Assembly: GCA_033549025.1 (NCBI GenBank)
Contig: JAWSUS010000022.1
Coordinates: 1-56,756 of the forward strand
Reading direction: 5' to 3'
DNA from: Desulfuromonadales bacterium
Lineage (GTDB): Bacteria > Desulfobacterota > Desulfuromonadia > Desulfuromonadales > SZUA-540
Length of the DNA: 56,756 nucleotides
Of the stretch, positions 36,484-46,843 are shown one piece after another. The position numbers and the translations under genes were made by a program. Position 1 is the first letter of the stretch, and each line of letters begins with the position of its first letter. The notes beneath the pieces are model-generated. The model ran no database searches and had not been told where the DNA came from. It was given only the letters and a program-made list of their open reading frames with translations.

Positions 36484-36631
36484 TTTTTCCTGAATAGATT
36501 GTTCGATTACTGGAAACATGAGGTCAGTCGGTTAGCGCGATGGGGTTCCGTCGGGCAGCCCAGGGGTTCGATCGATGGGCGCCAAATAACTCAGGGTACG
36601 CTAAATAGCGAAGAAGCGAAGGGAGAAACGG

Positions 36632-38059
36632 CTATAGGTAGGGGGAAAAGAGTTTGACTCCGGCATCGCGAATTTTTTGCCCGAGTGGTCGGGCATCGAC
36701 TTTTTCGAGGGTCATCAGGGTCGAAACCTCCCGCACCCGCTCAAAGTGCTGGGACATTTCGTCGACAAAATGACGGTCGTAGATCTCCATGGTGAATTCG
36801 AAATTCAGTCGCAGGCTGCGCGGATCCAGGTTGGCCGAGCCGATCTGGGCATAGTGATCGTCCACCAGCAGCAGTTTGCTGTGCACAAAAGGCGGGGGTT
36901 GATAGTAGACGGCCACCCCATGTTGCAGGAGCTCCCACAGATACGACCGGGTCGCCCAGTCGACATAGGGCAGGTTGTTTTTTTCCGGAAGCAGGATCTC
37001 GACCCTGACGCCCCTTAACGCCGCCGTGTTGATGGCGGTAATCATCGCCCTGTCGGGGATGAAGTAGGGCGTCATGATGCGCACCCGGCTGCGCGCGCAG
37101 TTCAGGGCTCCGATGAGCAGCCACACCAGCTTTTCAAAATCTTCGTTGGGTCCGGCGCTGATGCCTCGACAGAAAGCGTGCCCCGCATCAGGTGCCGGGG
37201 GATAGGCGATATTCCTAAAGGGTTCGCGGGTAGCAAAGGACCAGTCCTCCAGAAAAGCCTCCTGCAACTGACCGACCACCGGCCCTTCCACGCGAAAATG
37301 AATATCGACCACGCGAGCGGGGTCCTGGCGTTGCACCAGGTGACGTTCGCCGATATTCATGCCGCCGGTATAACCGGTTTCGCCATCCACCACCAGCAGT
37401 TTGCGATGGTTGCGCAGATTGAGATGGATTCCCCGCCCGGATAAAGACGGGGGCAGAAAACGCACATACCGTACTTTCGATTTCCTGAACTGCCGGCGAA
37501 TGGGGGGAAACGAATAGCGCTCCCCGAGGCCATCGACCAGAACCCGCACATCTACCCCTCGTTCGGCGGCCGCCCTGAGGGCCTCGGCAAACTGGAAGCC
37601 GATACCATCCGAGTCGAATATGTAGGTGGAGAGATAAATGGAATGCCGGGCCGCCGCCAGGCTTTGCAGCATGGCCGGATAGGCTTCTTCGCCGTTGTGG
37701 AGGGGAGTGATTTTGTTCCCTTGCAGTAGCGGTCGTCGTGTCACCTTGTCGGCGAGGGCCAGCTGGGCACAGAAGTTTTCGAGGCGAAAGGGCTGATCCA
37801 TGCCCTGATCGAAGGACCAGGGACACAGTTCGCTTTCATGCCAGAACATCCCCTGGCCCCGCAGCTGCCAGTCCTTGGCGGTCATACGTATGCGATTGAC
37901 CCCGAGCACCCAGTAGAGGAAGGCCCCTACGCCCGGCACACCGAGGCACAGCACGATCCAGATCAGCGCCGAGCGCGGATCGCGCTTATTGAGCAGCGCG
38001 TGTCCGGCCGACCAGAGGCCGAACAGCGTCAGTAGCCATCCTAGCAACCAATACAGCAA
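36632..38059 (-). CDS. cls: Cardiolipin synthase (two HKD PLD domains)
   Basis: N-terminal TMs, RNHRKLLVVDG and HSKLLLVDD...GSANLDPRS. Confidence 0.92.
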   Translation of the reverse strand: MLYWLLGWLLTLFGLWSAGHALLNKRDPRSALIWIVLCLGVPGVGAFLYWVLGVNRIRMTAKDWQLRGQGMFWHESELCPWSFDQGMDQPFRLENFCAQLALADKVTRRPLLQGNKITPLHNGEEAYPAMLQSLAAARHSIYLSTYIFDSDGIGFQFAEALRAAAERGVDVRVLVDGLGERYSFPPIRRQFRKSKVRYVRFLPPSLSGRGIHLNLRNHRKLLVVDGETGYTGGMNIGERHLVQRQDPARVVDIHFRVEGPVVGQLQEAFLEDWSFATREPFRNIAYPPAPDAGHAFCRGISAGPNEDFEKLVWLLIGALNCARSRVRIMTPYFIPDRAMITAINTAALRGVRVEILLPEKNNLPYVDWATRSYLWELLQHGVAVYYQPPPFVHSKLLLVDDHYAQIGSANLDPRSLRLNFEFTMEIYDRHFVDEMSQHFERVREVSTLMTLEKVDARPLGQKIRDAGVKLFSPYL

Positions 38060-38093
38060 TACGCCCTCATCAAGATGTTGGCAGTCAGCATGT

Positions 38094-38423
38094 TCATCGC
38101 AAGCTGGTCGCGCAACGGGGGCAGGTGAGCATGCTGGTAGAAGGTACGCGGTGCCCGCAGGTCGGGCAGAAGAACCAGTAGCGGCAATATTTGCATTGGG
38201 GTTCGGAAACCCCTTGTTTTTTCTTACACTTGGGGCACACGCGGTACATCTTTTTTTGTTCGATGTAGTCCGCGAAGATCAGGGCACAGCGGGGGCATTC
38301 CTGCGCCTGGCGATTGCGGATCTCAGCACCGCAATTGGGATTGGGGCACAAAAAGACCGTTTTGCAGCCGCTGCACCAATATTTTCCTTTTTTCATTTCC
38401 TTGCATACGGGGCATTTGTCCAT
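38094..38423 (-). CDS. Multi-zinc-ribbon protein
   Basis: Eight Cys pairs (seven CxxC, one Cx4C) in 109 aa; GAGG RBS. Confidence 0.8.
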   Translation of the reverse strand: MDKCPVCKEMKKGKYWCSGCKTVFLCPNPNCGAEIRNRQAQECPRCALIFADYIEQKKMYRVCPKCKKKQGVSEPQCKYCRYWFFCPTCGHRVPSTSMLTCPRCATSLR

Positions 38424-38477
38424 GATCAACCTCTTGACTTTTATGATGCGGCCGAACCGATATCAGACAACGTGCGT

Positions 38478-38506
38478 AAAAAAAGCCGGTCCCTGAAGAC
38501 CGACTT
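38478..38506 (-). terminator. Intrinsic terminator
   Basis: AAGTCGGTC-TTCAGG-GACCGGCTTTTTTT on the minus strand. Confidence 0.75.
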
Positions 38507-38686
38507 GTGGTGGAGCCTTTCCTCATGGGGATAAAACTAGGATGGGACGATGCGTTCCTGGCCGCGGCGCCCCGAAGGAAGCCGGGAGCCGGCCGAAAAA
38601 TATAGGGGTGAATTTGATGCGCTGTTCACTGATTATCCGTTCTCGATACCTTACTCTGTGAAGCCTGTCTAAACCGCCGAAGTTTG

Positions 38687-38715
38687 ATTATTCTACAGAC
38701 ACCGGGCCTTGTCAA
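38687..38715 (-). promoter_or_regulatory. Sigma70-like promoter just downstream of ktrA
   Basis: TTGACA-N17-AATAAT. Confidence 0.5.
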
Positions 38716-38731
38716 CCGGGACAGGAGAATC

Positions 38732-39391
38732 TCACTGCACCCCTATCTTCAGTTTTTCCAGGTTCTCCTTTTTCCCCATGAGGATCATGGCCGAATCCGC
38801 CGCAAAAACAAAATGGGCCGAGGGAATGAGATGGATCCGGTCCGTCAGGATCTCTTTGACCGCAATCACGACGACATCATGATGGCGCCGAAGATCGATA
38901 TCGCCCAGGCTCCTTCCGATAAAGGGATCCGGTACCGCGACTTCCACGATATCGTAATCCGGCGCCAGGGGAATATGCTCGATCAGGTTCGGCTGGTGCA
39001 GCTTGCGCGCCAGGTGGCGGGCCCCTTCCTGTTCCGGATTGATCCATTCCGTCGCTCCGATGGCTTTGACGATCTTGCCGATGGCGGGCGTCTCGGCCTT
39101 GACGATGATGCGCTTCACACCGAGGTCCACGAGGTTGAGCGTGGTCAGGGCTATGGCTTCGAGGTTGTCGCCAAGATTGAGGATGGCCGCTTCCATATCG
39201 GCACTGACAAAATCGACCAGGGCCTCCTTCTCCCTCGCGTCCGCGATGACACAGGCCGTTACCTGGTCTTTCAGTTCTTCGACCCGTTTTTCATTTTTAT
39301 CTACGGCCAGGACTTCCTCGCCATAGGAAGCAAGTTCAAGGGCGACATTCCGGCCGAAATTTCCCAAGCCGATCACGACATAGCTTTTCAT
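38732..39391 (-). CDS. ktrA: TrkA/KtrA potassium uptake regulatory (RCK) subunit
   Basis: VVIGLGNFG Rossmann motif, NPEQE, TrkA-C domain. Confidence 0.85.
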   Translation of the reverse strand: MKSYVVIGLGNFGRNVALELASYGEEVLAVDKNEKRVEELKDQVTACVIADAREKEALVDFVSADMEAAILNLGDNLEAIALTTLNLVDLGVKRIIVKAETPAIGKIVKAIGATEWINPEQEGARHLARKLHQPNLIEHIPLAPDYDIVEVAVPDPFIGRSLGDIDLRRHHDVVVIAVKEILTDRIHLIPSAHFVFAADSAMILMGKKENLEKLKIGVQ

Positions 39392-39417
39392 CCCTTCTCT
39401 CCCCCCTCCCTTTCCAC

Positions 39418-40758
39418 TCAACCCAAAGCCAGGTCGGCCTCGGGATAGCTGTAATGCTCTTTTCTGTTGCGCCTGAAGAGGGAGTACCCCAGCACAAGGG
39501 GACCCACCCGGCCGGCGAGCATGGTCAGCAGGATCAGGCTCTTACCGAAGGGTGTCAGGTCGGCCGTCAGCCCGGTGGAAAGACCGACCGTCCCCAGAGC
39601 CGAGACGACCTCAAACAGGAGCCCTGCCAAGTCGGCCTCCTCGGTGAAGAGGAGAACCCCCGTCGCCAGGATGATCCAGAGAAGAGCCAGGCTGACCAGG
39701 GCCAATACCTTGTTCAGCAGGAGGGGCGATATCCTGCTGCCTCCGACGACGGTATCCGCTCTGCCGGCCAGATGGTCGCGCAGATACGCCCCCAGCAAGG
39801 CCAATGACAGCGTTTTGATCCCCCCTCCCGAGCCCCCCGGCGAGGCCCCGATAAACATGAGAGCGATGAGTACCCACAGGGTCGCCATCGGCAGATGGCC
39901 GATATCCAGTGTGTAAAATCCCGTGGTCGTGGCCGCCGACAGCGCCTGAAACGAGGCGTCAAGCCACTGTTGTCCGAGGGGACCGCCCGCTGTCGGTAGC
40001 AGCCGATTGCCCAGCCACACCAGGATCGTGCCGCCAACGGCGAGGCAGAGGCTCGTTTTGAGGACAAGACGGCTCTGCATGGACAGTTTTTCCCGTCGGC
40101 CGCCCGCTCCCCGCAGGTTTCCCGCCACCAGGTCATGGATTACCAGGAACCCCAGCGCGCCCAGCCCCATGAGGACATGAATCACCAGCTGAATCGCTGC
40201 CGACTGGCGAAATCCGCTCAGACTGTCGGCATAAAGCCCGAAGCCCGCCGTGCAAAAGGCCGAAACGGCGTGGAAAAAGCCGCTGTAGAGAGCCTCTGGT
40301 GCCGGGCAGTCCGCGCTGAACAGCCAGGCCAGCCCCAGGGTACCGGTCAGTTCCACCACCAGGGTCAGGCCCACGATGAATCTTCCATAGGTCAGCATGT
40401 CCACCCGCGGGGGCCTGGCCATGGATTCCCGCAGCAGAACCCGCGAGCTCAGGGACAGCTTGCCGCCCAAGCCGGTGAGGATGCCGGCCAGCAGGAGCAT
40501 ATAGCCGAGGCCGCCGATCTGGAAGAGAACCAGGATGACCAGCTCGCCAAAGGGGGAGTAGGCTGAACCGATATCCACCACGGTCAGGCCGGTAGTGGTG
40601 ACGGCGGAGGTGGCACAGAACAGGGTATCGAGGAAAGGTTGAGAACGGGCGTTCGCGCTGGCCGCTGGCAGCTGGAGCAACAAGGCCCCCGCCAGGATGA
40701 TGACGACATAGCCGAGGACGATCTGCTGAAGAGCGCTGAGCCTGGGGCGGTGCGTCAT
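39418..40758 (-). CDS. ktrB: TrkH/KtrB potassium uptake membrane subunit
   Basis: SAVTTTGL, SAFCTAGF, GASPGGSGGGIK, FEVVSALGTVGLS. Confidence 0.88.
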   Translation of the reverse strand: MTHRPRLSALQQIVLGYVVIILAGALLLQLPAASANARSQPFLDTLFCATSAVTTTGLTVVDIGSAYSPFGELVILVLFQIGGLGYMLLLAGILTGLGGKLSLSSRVLLRESMARPPRVDMLTYGRFIVGLTLVVELTGTLGLAWLFSADCPAPEALYSGFFHAVSAFCTAGFGLYADSLSGFRQSAAIQLVIHVLMGLGALGFLVIHDLVAGNLRGAGGRREKLSMQSRLVLKTSLCLAVGGTILVWLGNRLLPTAGGPLGQQWLDASFQALSAATTTGFYTLDIGHLPMATLWVLIALMFIGASPGGSGGGIKTLSLALLGAYLRDHLAGRADTVVGGSRISPLLLNKVLALVSLALLWIILATGVLLFTEEADLAGLLFEVVSALGTVGLSTGLTADLTPFGKSLILLTMLAGRVGPLVLGYSLFRRNRKEHYSYPEADLALG

Positions 40759-40880
40759 GACTTGTCCTGTCCGGCGAAAGAGGGGAGGACCTTCAGGCCA
40801 GCGTGAGCTGGCCCGAATTTTCAGTCCCTGCTATCCCTCTATCAGCCGCCGGGAAAAAGTCAATGCATACCGGGCCGCCT

Positions 40881-43694
40881 TTAAAGGTTCAGATAGGAAC
40901 GCAGATAGCGTCCCGTGTGGGAGGCCGAGCAGCGGGCTACCTCCTCGGGCGTGCCACAGACGACGATCTCGCCGCCGCGACTGCCGCCTTCCGGCCCCAA
41001 ATCGATCAGGTGATCGGCCACCTTGATCACATCCAGATTATGCTCGATGATGATCACCGTATTGCCCGCGTCGACCAAGCGCTGCAAGACGTCCAGCAGC
41101 TTTTGAATATCGGCGAAGTGCAGTCCCGTAGTCGGTTCGTCCAAAATATAGATGGTCTTGCCGGTGGCCCGTTTCGAGAGCTCCTTGGCCAGCTTGACCC
41201 GCTGGGCTTCGCCGCCGGAGAGGGTGGTGGCGCTCTGCCCCACTTTGATGTAACCGAGGCCCACGTCACGCAGGGTCTGCAGCTTGTTGCGGATACGGGG
41301 GATATTTTCCAGAAACTCGCTGGCCTGATTGACCGTCATGTCCAGCACATCGGCGATGCTCTTGCCCTTGTAGCGCACCTCCAGGGTCTCCCGGTTGTAG
41401 CGCGCCCCCTTGCAGACTTCACACTGGACGTAAACGTCGGGCAGAAAATGCATTTCGATTTTAAGGATGCCATCGCCCTGGCAGGCTTCGCAGCGCCCGC
41501 CCTTGACGTTGAACGAAAAGCGCCCCGCTTTGTAGCCGCGCACCTTGGCCTCGGGGAGCTGGGCGAAGAGGTCGCGGATATCCGTGAAGACGCCCGTGTA
41601 GGTCGCCGGGTTCGAGCGGGGGGTGCGCCCGATGGGGGACTGGTCGATATCGATAACCTTGTCCAGCATGTCGAGGCCGACAATGGCATCGACCTTGCCC
41701 GCCTTCTCTTTGGAGCGGTAGAGCTGCTGGGACAGGGCCCGAAAGAGGGTGTCGATGACCAGGGTCGATTTGCCGGAACCGGAGGCGCCGGTGACACAGG
41801 TCATCACTCCCAGGGGAAAGGCGACATCGACCCCCTTGAGGTTGTTTTCGCGGGCGTTTTTGATCTCGAGAAAGCGGTCGCTGCGCCGGCGCTCCTTGGG
41901 CAACGGGATGGAGAGGGCGCCGGAAAGGTAGCGCCCCGTCAGCGAATTGGGGTCACGCAGAATCTCCTGCGGCGTGCCTTGGGCCACGATGCTGCCCCCA
42001 TGCACACCGGCGGCCGGCCCCATGTCGATCACATGGTCGGCCTCCAGTATCGTCTCTTCGTCATGCTCGACCACCAGCACCGTATTACCGAGATCACGCA
42101 AGCGCTTGAGGGTTTCGAGCAGGCGGCGGTTGTCCCGCTGGTGCAGACCGATGGAGGGCTCATCCAGAATGTAAAGCACCCCCACCAGGGAAGAACCGAC
42201 CTGGGTGGCCAGCCGGATACGCTGCCCTTCACCGCCGGACAGGGTGCCCGAGGCACGGTCAAGGGTCAGGTAGTCGAGTCCGACATGGGTCAGGAAGGAA
42301 AGACGCTCGCGGATCTCCTTGAAGATGCGCCGGGCAATCTCCTCCTCCTTGGGAGTGAGGGTAATGGCAGCGAAAAAGACCTCCGCCTCGACGATGGACA
42401 TCGCCGTCACCTCGCGGATGCTTTTGCCCGCCACCCGCACATTCAGGGACTCGGGACGGAGGCGGGCTCCGTGGCAGGTGGGGCAGGGCATGACGTTCAT
42501 GAAGCGCTCGAGATTTTCCCGCACGTTTTCCGAATCGGTTTCGCGGTATTTGCGCTCCAGGTTCGGGATGATGCCCTCGAATACCTTGTTGTAAAAGTGA
42601 CGGCGGCCGCCCTGGTCGAAAAAGAAACGGACCTCTTCCTTGCCGCTGCCGTGCAGCAGCACCTCCCGGATACGGGCCGGCAGCTCGGCGAAGGGGGTAT
42701 TGATGTCGAACCCGTAATGATCGGCCAAAGCCTCGATCAACTGCTGATAGTAGAAACCGGTGCGGGTCTCCCAGGGGACGACAGCCCCTTCGCGCAAGGA
42801 CAGGGCCGGATTGGGCACCACCTGTTCCGGGTCGAAGTACATGCGGGTTCCCAGACCGGAACAGTCGGGACAGGCGCCGTAGGGGTTGTTGAAGGAGAAC
42901 ATGCGGGGGGTGATTTCAGGATAGGAGATGCCGCAGTCGACGCAGGCGTGCTTTTCGGAAAAGAGCTGGCTCTCCCCGTCGACGACTTCCACCCGCACCA
43001 CCCCGTCGGCCAGACGCAGGGCCGTCTCCAGCGAATCGGCCAGGCGGCTTTCCAGCCCCTCCTTGATCACCAGGCGGTCCACGACCACTTCAATCGTATG
43101 CTTTTTGTTCTTGTCGAGCTCGATGGGCTCGCCCAGCTCATGCATCTGTCCATCGACCCGAACCCGCACGAAACCGTCGGCCTGCAGTTGCTTGAGCTCC
43201 TTGCGGTACTCGCCCTTTCGCCCGGCGACGATGGGGGCCAGCAGCAGCAGCTTCGTCTTTTCGGGCAGCTGCATAATGCGATCCACCATCTGCTCCACGG
43301 TCTGCGAGGCGATTTCCTTGCCGCAGCCCGGGCAGTAGACCCGACCCACGCGGGCGAAGAGCAGGCGCAGATAGTCATAGATTTCGGTGACCGTGCCGAC
43401 GGTGGAGCGGGGGTTTTTCGAGGTCGTCTTCTGTTCGATGGAGATGGCCGGCGATAGACCCTCGATGCTGTCGACGTCGGGCTTCTCCATCTGCCCCAGA
43501 AACTGGCGGGCATAGGCGGAAAGGCTCTCGACGTAGCGCCGCTGGCCTTCGGCGTAAATGGTGTCGAAGGCCAGCGTGCTCTTGCCGGAGCCGGAAACGC
43601 CGGTAATGACGACCAGCTTTTCCCGGGGGATTTCGACGTCGATCCCCTTGAGGTTGTGCTCGCGGGCGCCTTTTATGATGATTTTGTCAATCAT
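40881..43694 (-). CDS. uvrA: Excinuclease ABC subunit A
   Basis: [23 protein letters not shown], zinc fingers, two LSGGE signatures. Confidence 0.98.
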   Translation of the reverse strand: MIDKIIIKGAREHNLKGIDVEIPREKLVVITGVSGSGKSTLAFDTIYAEGQRRYVESLSAYARQFLGQMEKPDVDSIEGLSPAISIEQKTTSKNPRSTVGTVTEIYDYLRLLFARVGRVYCPGCGKEIASQTVEQMVDRIMQLPEKTKLLLLAPIVAGRKGEYRKELKQLQADGFVRVRVDGQMHELGEPIELDKNKKHTIEVVVDRLVIKEGLESRLADSLETALRLADGVVRVEVVDGESQLFSEKHACVDCGISYPEITPRMFSFNNPYGACPDCSGLGTRMYFDPEQVVPNPALSLREGAVVPWETRTGFYYQQLIEALADHYGFDINTPFAELPARIREVLLHGSGKEEVRFFFDQGGRRHFYNKVFEGIIPNLERKYRETDSENVRENLERFMNVMPCPTCHGARLRPESLNVRVAGKSIREVTAMSIVEAEVFFAAITLTPKEEEIARRIFKEIRERLSFLTHVGLDYLTLDRASGTLSGGEGQRIRLATQVGSSLVGVLYILDEPSIGLHQRDNRRLLETLKRLRDLGNTVLVVEHDEETILEADHVIDMGPAAGVHGGSIVAQGTPQEILRDPNSLTGRYLSGALSIPLPKERRRSDRFLEIKNARENNLKGVDVAFPLGVMTCVTGASGSGKSTLVIDTLFRALSQQLYRSKEKAGKVDAIVGLDMLDKVIDIDQSPIGRTPRSNPATYTGVFTDIRDLFAQLPEAKVRGYKAGRFSFNVKGGRCEACQGDGILKIEMHFLPDVYVQCEVCKGARYNRETLEVRYKGKSIADVLDMTVNQASEFLENIPRIRNKLQTLRDVGLGYIKVGQSATTLSGGEAQRVKLAKELSKRATGKTIYILDEPTTGLHFADIQKLLDVLQRLVDAGNTVIIIEHNLDVIKVADHLIDLGPEGGSRGGEIVVCGTPEEVARCSASHTGRYLRSYLNL

Positions 43695-44722
43695 GGATTT
43701 GATCCTTTGTGTTCATCGCGATCTTTGGCGGCCATGTCCTCGGCCAGACGCAGCGCCGCCAGCAGGCTCTGGCAACTGGCCCGCCCCGTGCCGGCCAGAT
43801 CGTAGGCCGTGCCGTGATCGACGGAGGTACGAATGATGGGCAGGCCGAGGGTGACGTTGACCCCATCCTCGAAATGAAGCAGCTTCAGGGGGATGAGCCC
43901 CTGGTCGTGATACATGCAGACCACGGCGTCATAAGCGCCCCGGACGGCAAAGTGGAAGAGGGTGTCGGCGCTGTGGGGTCCGCTGGCCTCGATCCCCTCT
44001 CGGCGCGCGGCGGCAATGGCCGGCACGATGAGGCGCTGCTCTTCGTCGCCGAACAGTCCTCCCTCGCCGGCGTGGGGGTTGAGGGCCAGCACGGCGAGGC
44101 GAGGGGCTCGCTCCTTTACGAAATAACGGCGGAAGGCGGCATCGGTGAGCCGTATCGTCTCGAGGATGTCCGCGGTGGTGAGAGCCGTCGGTACCTGGTT
44201 CAGGGCCATATGGGTCGTCACCAGGCAGACCTTGAGCCGCTCGCCGCCGAGCATCATGACGACCCGAGGCACCCGGCAGCGATGGGCCAGCAGCTCCGTG
44301 TGGCCGGGAAAATCACAGCCGGCCGCATGAATGGCTTCCTTGTTGATGGGGCCGGTCACCATGGCCCTGCCATGACCGGCCAGCACCTGATCGCAGCTCC
44401 ATTCGATATAGTCTAGCATGGCGCGGCCACAGGCCGGGGTCGGCTGTCCGAAAGACAGACTGGTTGCCGGCAGTTCGGACAGCGCGCGCACGGGGAGGAT
44501 GTTTCCCTCGATCTCAAGCTGATGCGTGGCTAGCCCCCGACCCGGAGTCAGCACGGCTGTCCGGTCGAAAATCCGGGCGGCCCGGACCAGTACGCCGACA
44601 TCCCCGGCCACCAGTAAGGCGGGGGCGGCCGCCTGCAGCTCTCCGGAGATGAGGGCTTTGATCAAAAGTTCCGGACCGACCCCGACAGGATCTCCCATGC
44701 TGACGATAACAGGTTTTTCCAT
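43691..44722 (-). CDS. pdxA: 4-hydroxythreonine-4-phosphate dehydrogenase
   Basis: [38 protein letters not shown]. Confidence 0.96.
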   Translation of the reverse strand: MEKPVIVSMGDPVGVGPELLIKALISGELQAAAPALLVAGDVGVLVRAARIFDRTAVLTPGRGLATHQLEIEGNILPVRALSELPATSLSFGQPTPACGRAMLDYIEWSCDQVLAGHGRAMVTGPINKEAIHAAGCDFPGHTELLAHRCRVPRVVMMLGGERLKVCLVTTHMALNQVPTALTTADILETIRLTDAAFRRYFVKERAPRLAVLALNPHAGEGGLFGDEEQRLIVPAIAAARREGIEASGPHSADTLFHFAVRGAYDAVVCMYHDQGLIPLKLLHFEDGVNVTLGLPIIRTSVDHGTAYDLAGTGRASCQSLLAALRLAEDMAAKDRDEHKGSNP

Positions 44723-44839
44723 TCCTGGCTCCTGACCGATAGTATCCCGAAGGTCTTTCTGTTTATTGGCCTCAAAGACAGGAGCCCCGCCGATGGTTCG
44801 ACGGGGCCCCTGACATCGGTGAGGTTACGGCGCGTGGAT

Positions 44840-45790
44840 TTATATCTTGATCTCGATAAAGGCCTTCGCTTTGAGCTCTTCCATCCAGTCCTTGACCCCT
44901 TGCGTCTTTTTGCTCTCGATCACCTTGCGGCTGATTTCCTCTTTAACGGTGTCGAAGTGCCGGATATTGCCATCGCTGCGCTCTATCATAAAGAGGACAT
45001 GGTAGCCTTCCGGGGTTGACACCACATCGCTGACCTGGCCCTGCTGCAGATCCGCAACGGCCCGTTCAAAGGCCGGGGACAGTTCCCCTTGGCCAAAGGC
45101 GCCCAGATCGCCGCCGCCCGCCTGCCCACTTTCCGCATAGCTGGCCAGAACCCTGGCAAAGTCCTCCCCCAATTTGAGACGGGAGACGGCTTCCTGCGCC
45201 AGGGCATAGCGCCTGTCCAGCTCTGCCTTGCTGACGCCGGGAGCGACCGGGAAGGTGATATGGCTCAGACGGATAAAGGGGTTCCCGCGAAATTCATCGA
45301 TATGCTCCCGGAAATAGTCGCGGATTTCCTGGTTGGTCACCTCCAGGCGGCTCTGCACTTCGCGGCCGAGCAATTTGAAGCTCTGGATCTGCTCCCGCAG
45401 GTTTTCCCGGTATTCCTCGAAATCCATCCCCTGAGCGCTCAGCGCCTGCCGCAACTGTTCGCGGGTCAGGTCGTTCTGCTTCTCGACGTCGCGAATGGCT
45501 TCTTCCACTTCCGCATCGCTGACCGCCAGACCCAGCTCGGCGGCGCGCTGGCGCATGAGCGATTCCTCGACGAGACCCTGCAGAATCTCCCGGCGCCGGC
45601 TATCCATGGCCACAGGCCCAAGGCTTTCCTGCTCGGCCGGAGAAATCCGCTCGTCCACGGCCCTGTCCAGGTCATGGGTAGTTATCGCCTCTTCGTTGAC
45701 GATGGCGGCAATTTCATTGAGGACCCTGGCCGAAGCCGAAGCGCCAAACAGCAGCAGGGCCGCAAGAGCGATGGTAACAATACGTAGCAT
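44840..45790 (-). CDS. SurA-like PpiC-type peptidyl-prolyl isomerase
   Basis: Signal peptide, IAAIVNEEAIT SurA N-domain, GGDLG, GYHV. Confidence 0.88.
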   Translation of the reverse strand: MLRIVTIALAALLLFGASASARVLNEIAAIVNEEAITTHDLDRAVDERISPAEQESLGPVAMDSRRREILQGLVEESLMRQRAAELGLAVSDAEVEEAIRDVEKQNDLTREQLRQALSAQGMDFEEYRENLREQIQSFKLLGREVQSRLEVTNQEIRDYFREHIDEFRGNPFIRLSHITFPVAPGVSKAELDRRYALAQEAVSRLKLGEDFARVLASYAESGQAGGGDLGAFGQGELSPAFERAVADLQQGQVSDVVSTPEGYHVLFMIERSDGNIRHFDTVKEEISRKVIESKKTQGVKDWMEELKAKAFIEIKI

Positions 45791-45811
45791 GAAAAGATCC
45801 TTGTGGTTAAT

Positions 45812-46741
45812 TTACAGCCGCTCCCAGTCGACCTCGATGACGGCCCGCCCTCGTAGCTCATGGAGCCATTGCTGGTAGGCCCGCTCTTCCTTCTGGGTTC
45901 GCAGCGTCTGGCGAATGTCGCCTTTGACTTCATCCAGCGTCAGACGCACGGCCTTTCGTTTTTCTTCTACCTTGAAAATATGATAGCCGTAGGAACTTTG
46001 GGTCAGGTCGCTGATCCGGCCCGCCGCCAGGCTGAATACGACGGCATCGAATTCAGTCGGCATTTCGCCCCGGCTGAAAAAGCCGAGATCGCCCCCCTCT
46101 TCAGCATCGGGAGAGAGGGAGTATTTACGGGCGACGGCGTCAAAATCCTCGCCCTGCCGCAGCAGGCCGAGCACACGCTCGCCTTCCTCCTGGCTGCTGA
46201 CCAGAATCTGGCGGGCCCGAACTTGCTCAGGACGGTCGAACTCCTCGCGATACTCGTCATAATAGGCGGCTATTTCATCGTCAGTGACCTCGACGCGGGA
46301 GTAGACGGCCTCTTTCAGCACTTTTTCCATCAGCAGGCCGTCACGCAATTCCCTTTTCCAGTCCTCCAGCGTGATGCCGCGACTTGCGAGCATCTGGTCG
46401 AAGGTGTTTTCGGGATAATCCCGGCGGTATTCCTGAAAAGCCGCTTCTTCCTCTTGGGCGCTGACCGTGAGACCGAGTCTGTCGGCCTCGGCCAGAGCCA
46501 GTTCCCGGTCAATGACCTGGACAAGAAAAGACCGTTTCATTTCGCTGCGCTCTTCTTCCGAGACCGTCTGGTCCGCCGGCAGGGATTTTTCGAGGTCGCG
46601 TTCGAATTGCTCCAGGGTGACAACGCGTCCATCCACGCGGACCAGGGCCTGGGCCTGGGTGGCATCTTTTTGCTGACAGGCACAGAGTCCGGCAGCCAGC
46701 AAAAGGACCAGAAAAAGGGATACGTGGCGGCGATTGCGCAT
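45812..46741 (-). CDS. PpiC-type peptidyl-prolyl isomerase lipoprotein
   Basis: Lipobox LCAC, VRARQILV, GGDLGFF, YGYHIF; start trimmed to MRNRR. Confidence 0.88.
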   Translation of the reverse strand: MRNRRHVSLFLVLLLAAGLCACQQKDATQAQALVRVDGRVVTLEQFERDLEKSLPADQTVSEEERSEMKRSFLVQVIDRELALAEADRLGLTVSAQEEEAAFQEYRRDYPENTFDQMLASRGITLEDWKRELRDGLLMEKVLKEAVYSRVEVTDDEIAAYYDEYREEFDRPEQVRARQILVSSQEEGERVLGLLRQGEDFDAVARKYSLSPDAEEGGDLGFFSRGEMPTEFDAVVFSLAAGRISDLTQSSYGYHIFKVEEKRKAVRLTLDEVKGDIRQTLRTQKEERAYQQWLHELRGRAVIEVDWERL

Positions 46742-46843
46742 GGTGATCGGTGGCCTCAGGAAAAGCAGGGGAAATGGTTCGCCCACCGGAAACCCGGCGG
46801 ACTTCCGGTGAAAAACCGGCCTGAAAGAGTCACGCTAGCACAG

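Noticed and set aside
40760..40870. c-di-AMP (ydaO) riboswitch upstream of ktrB
   Set aside because: Only a short hairpin; characteristic ydaO motifs not seen and the region is too short.
46784..46815. Hairpin between mfd and the PPIase gene
   Set aside because: The U-tract is on the wrong side for termination on either strand; at most a stability element.
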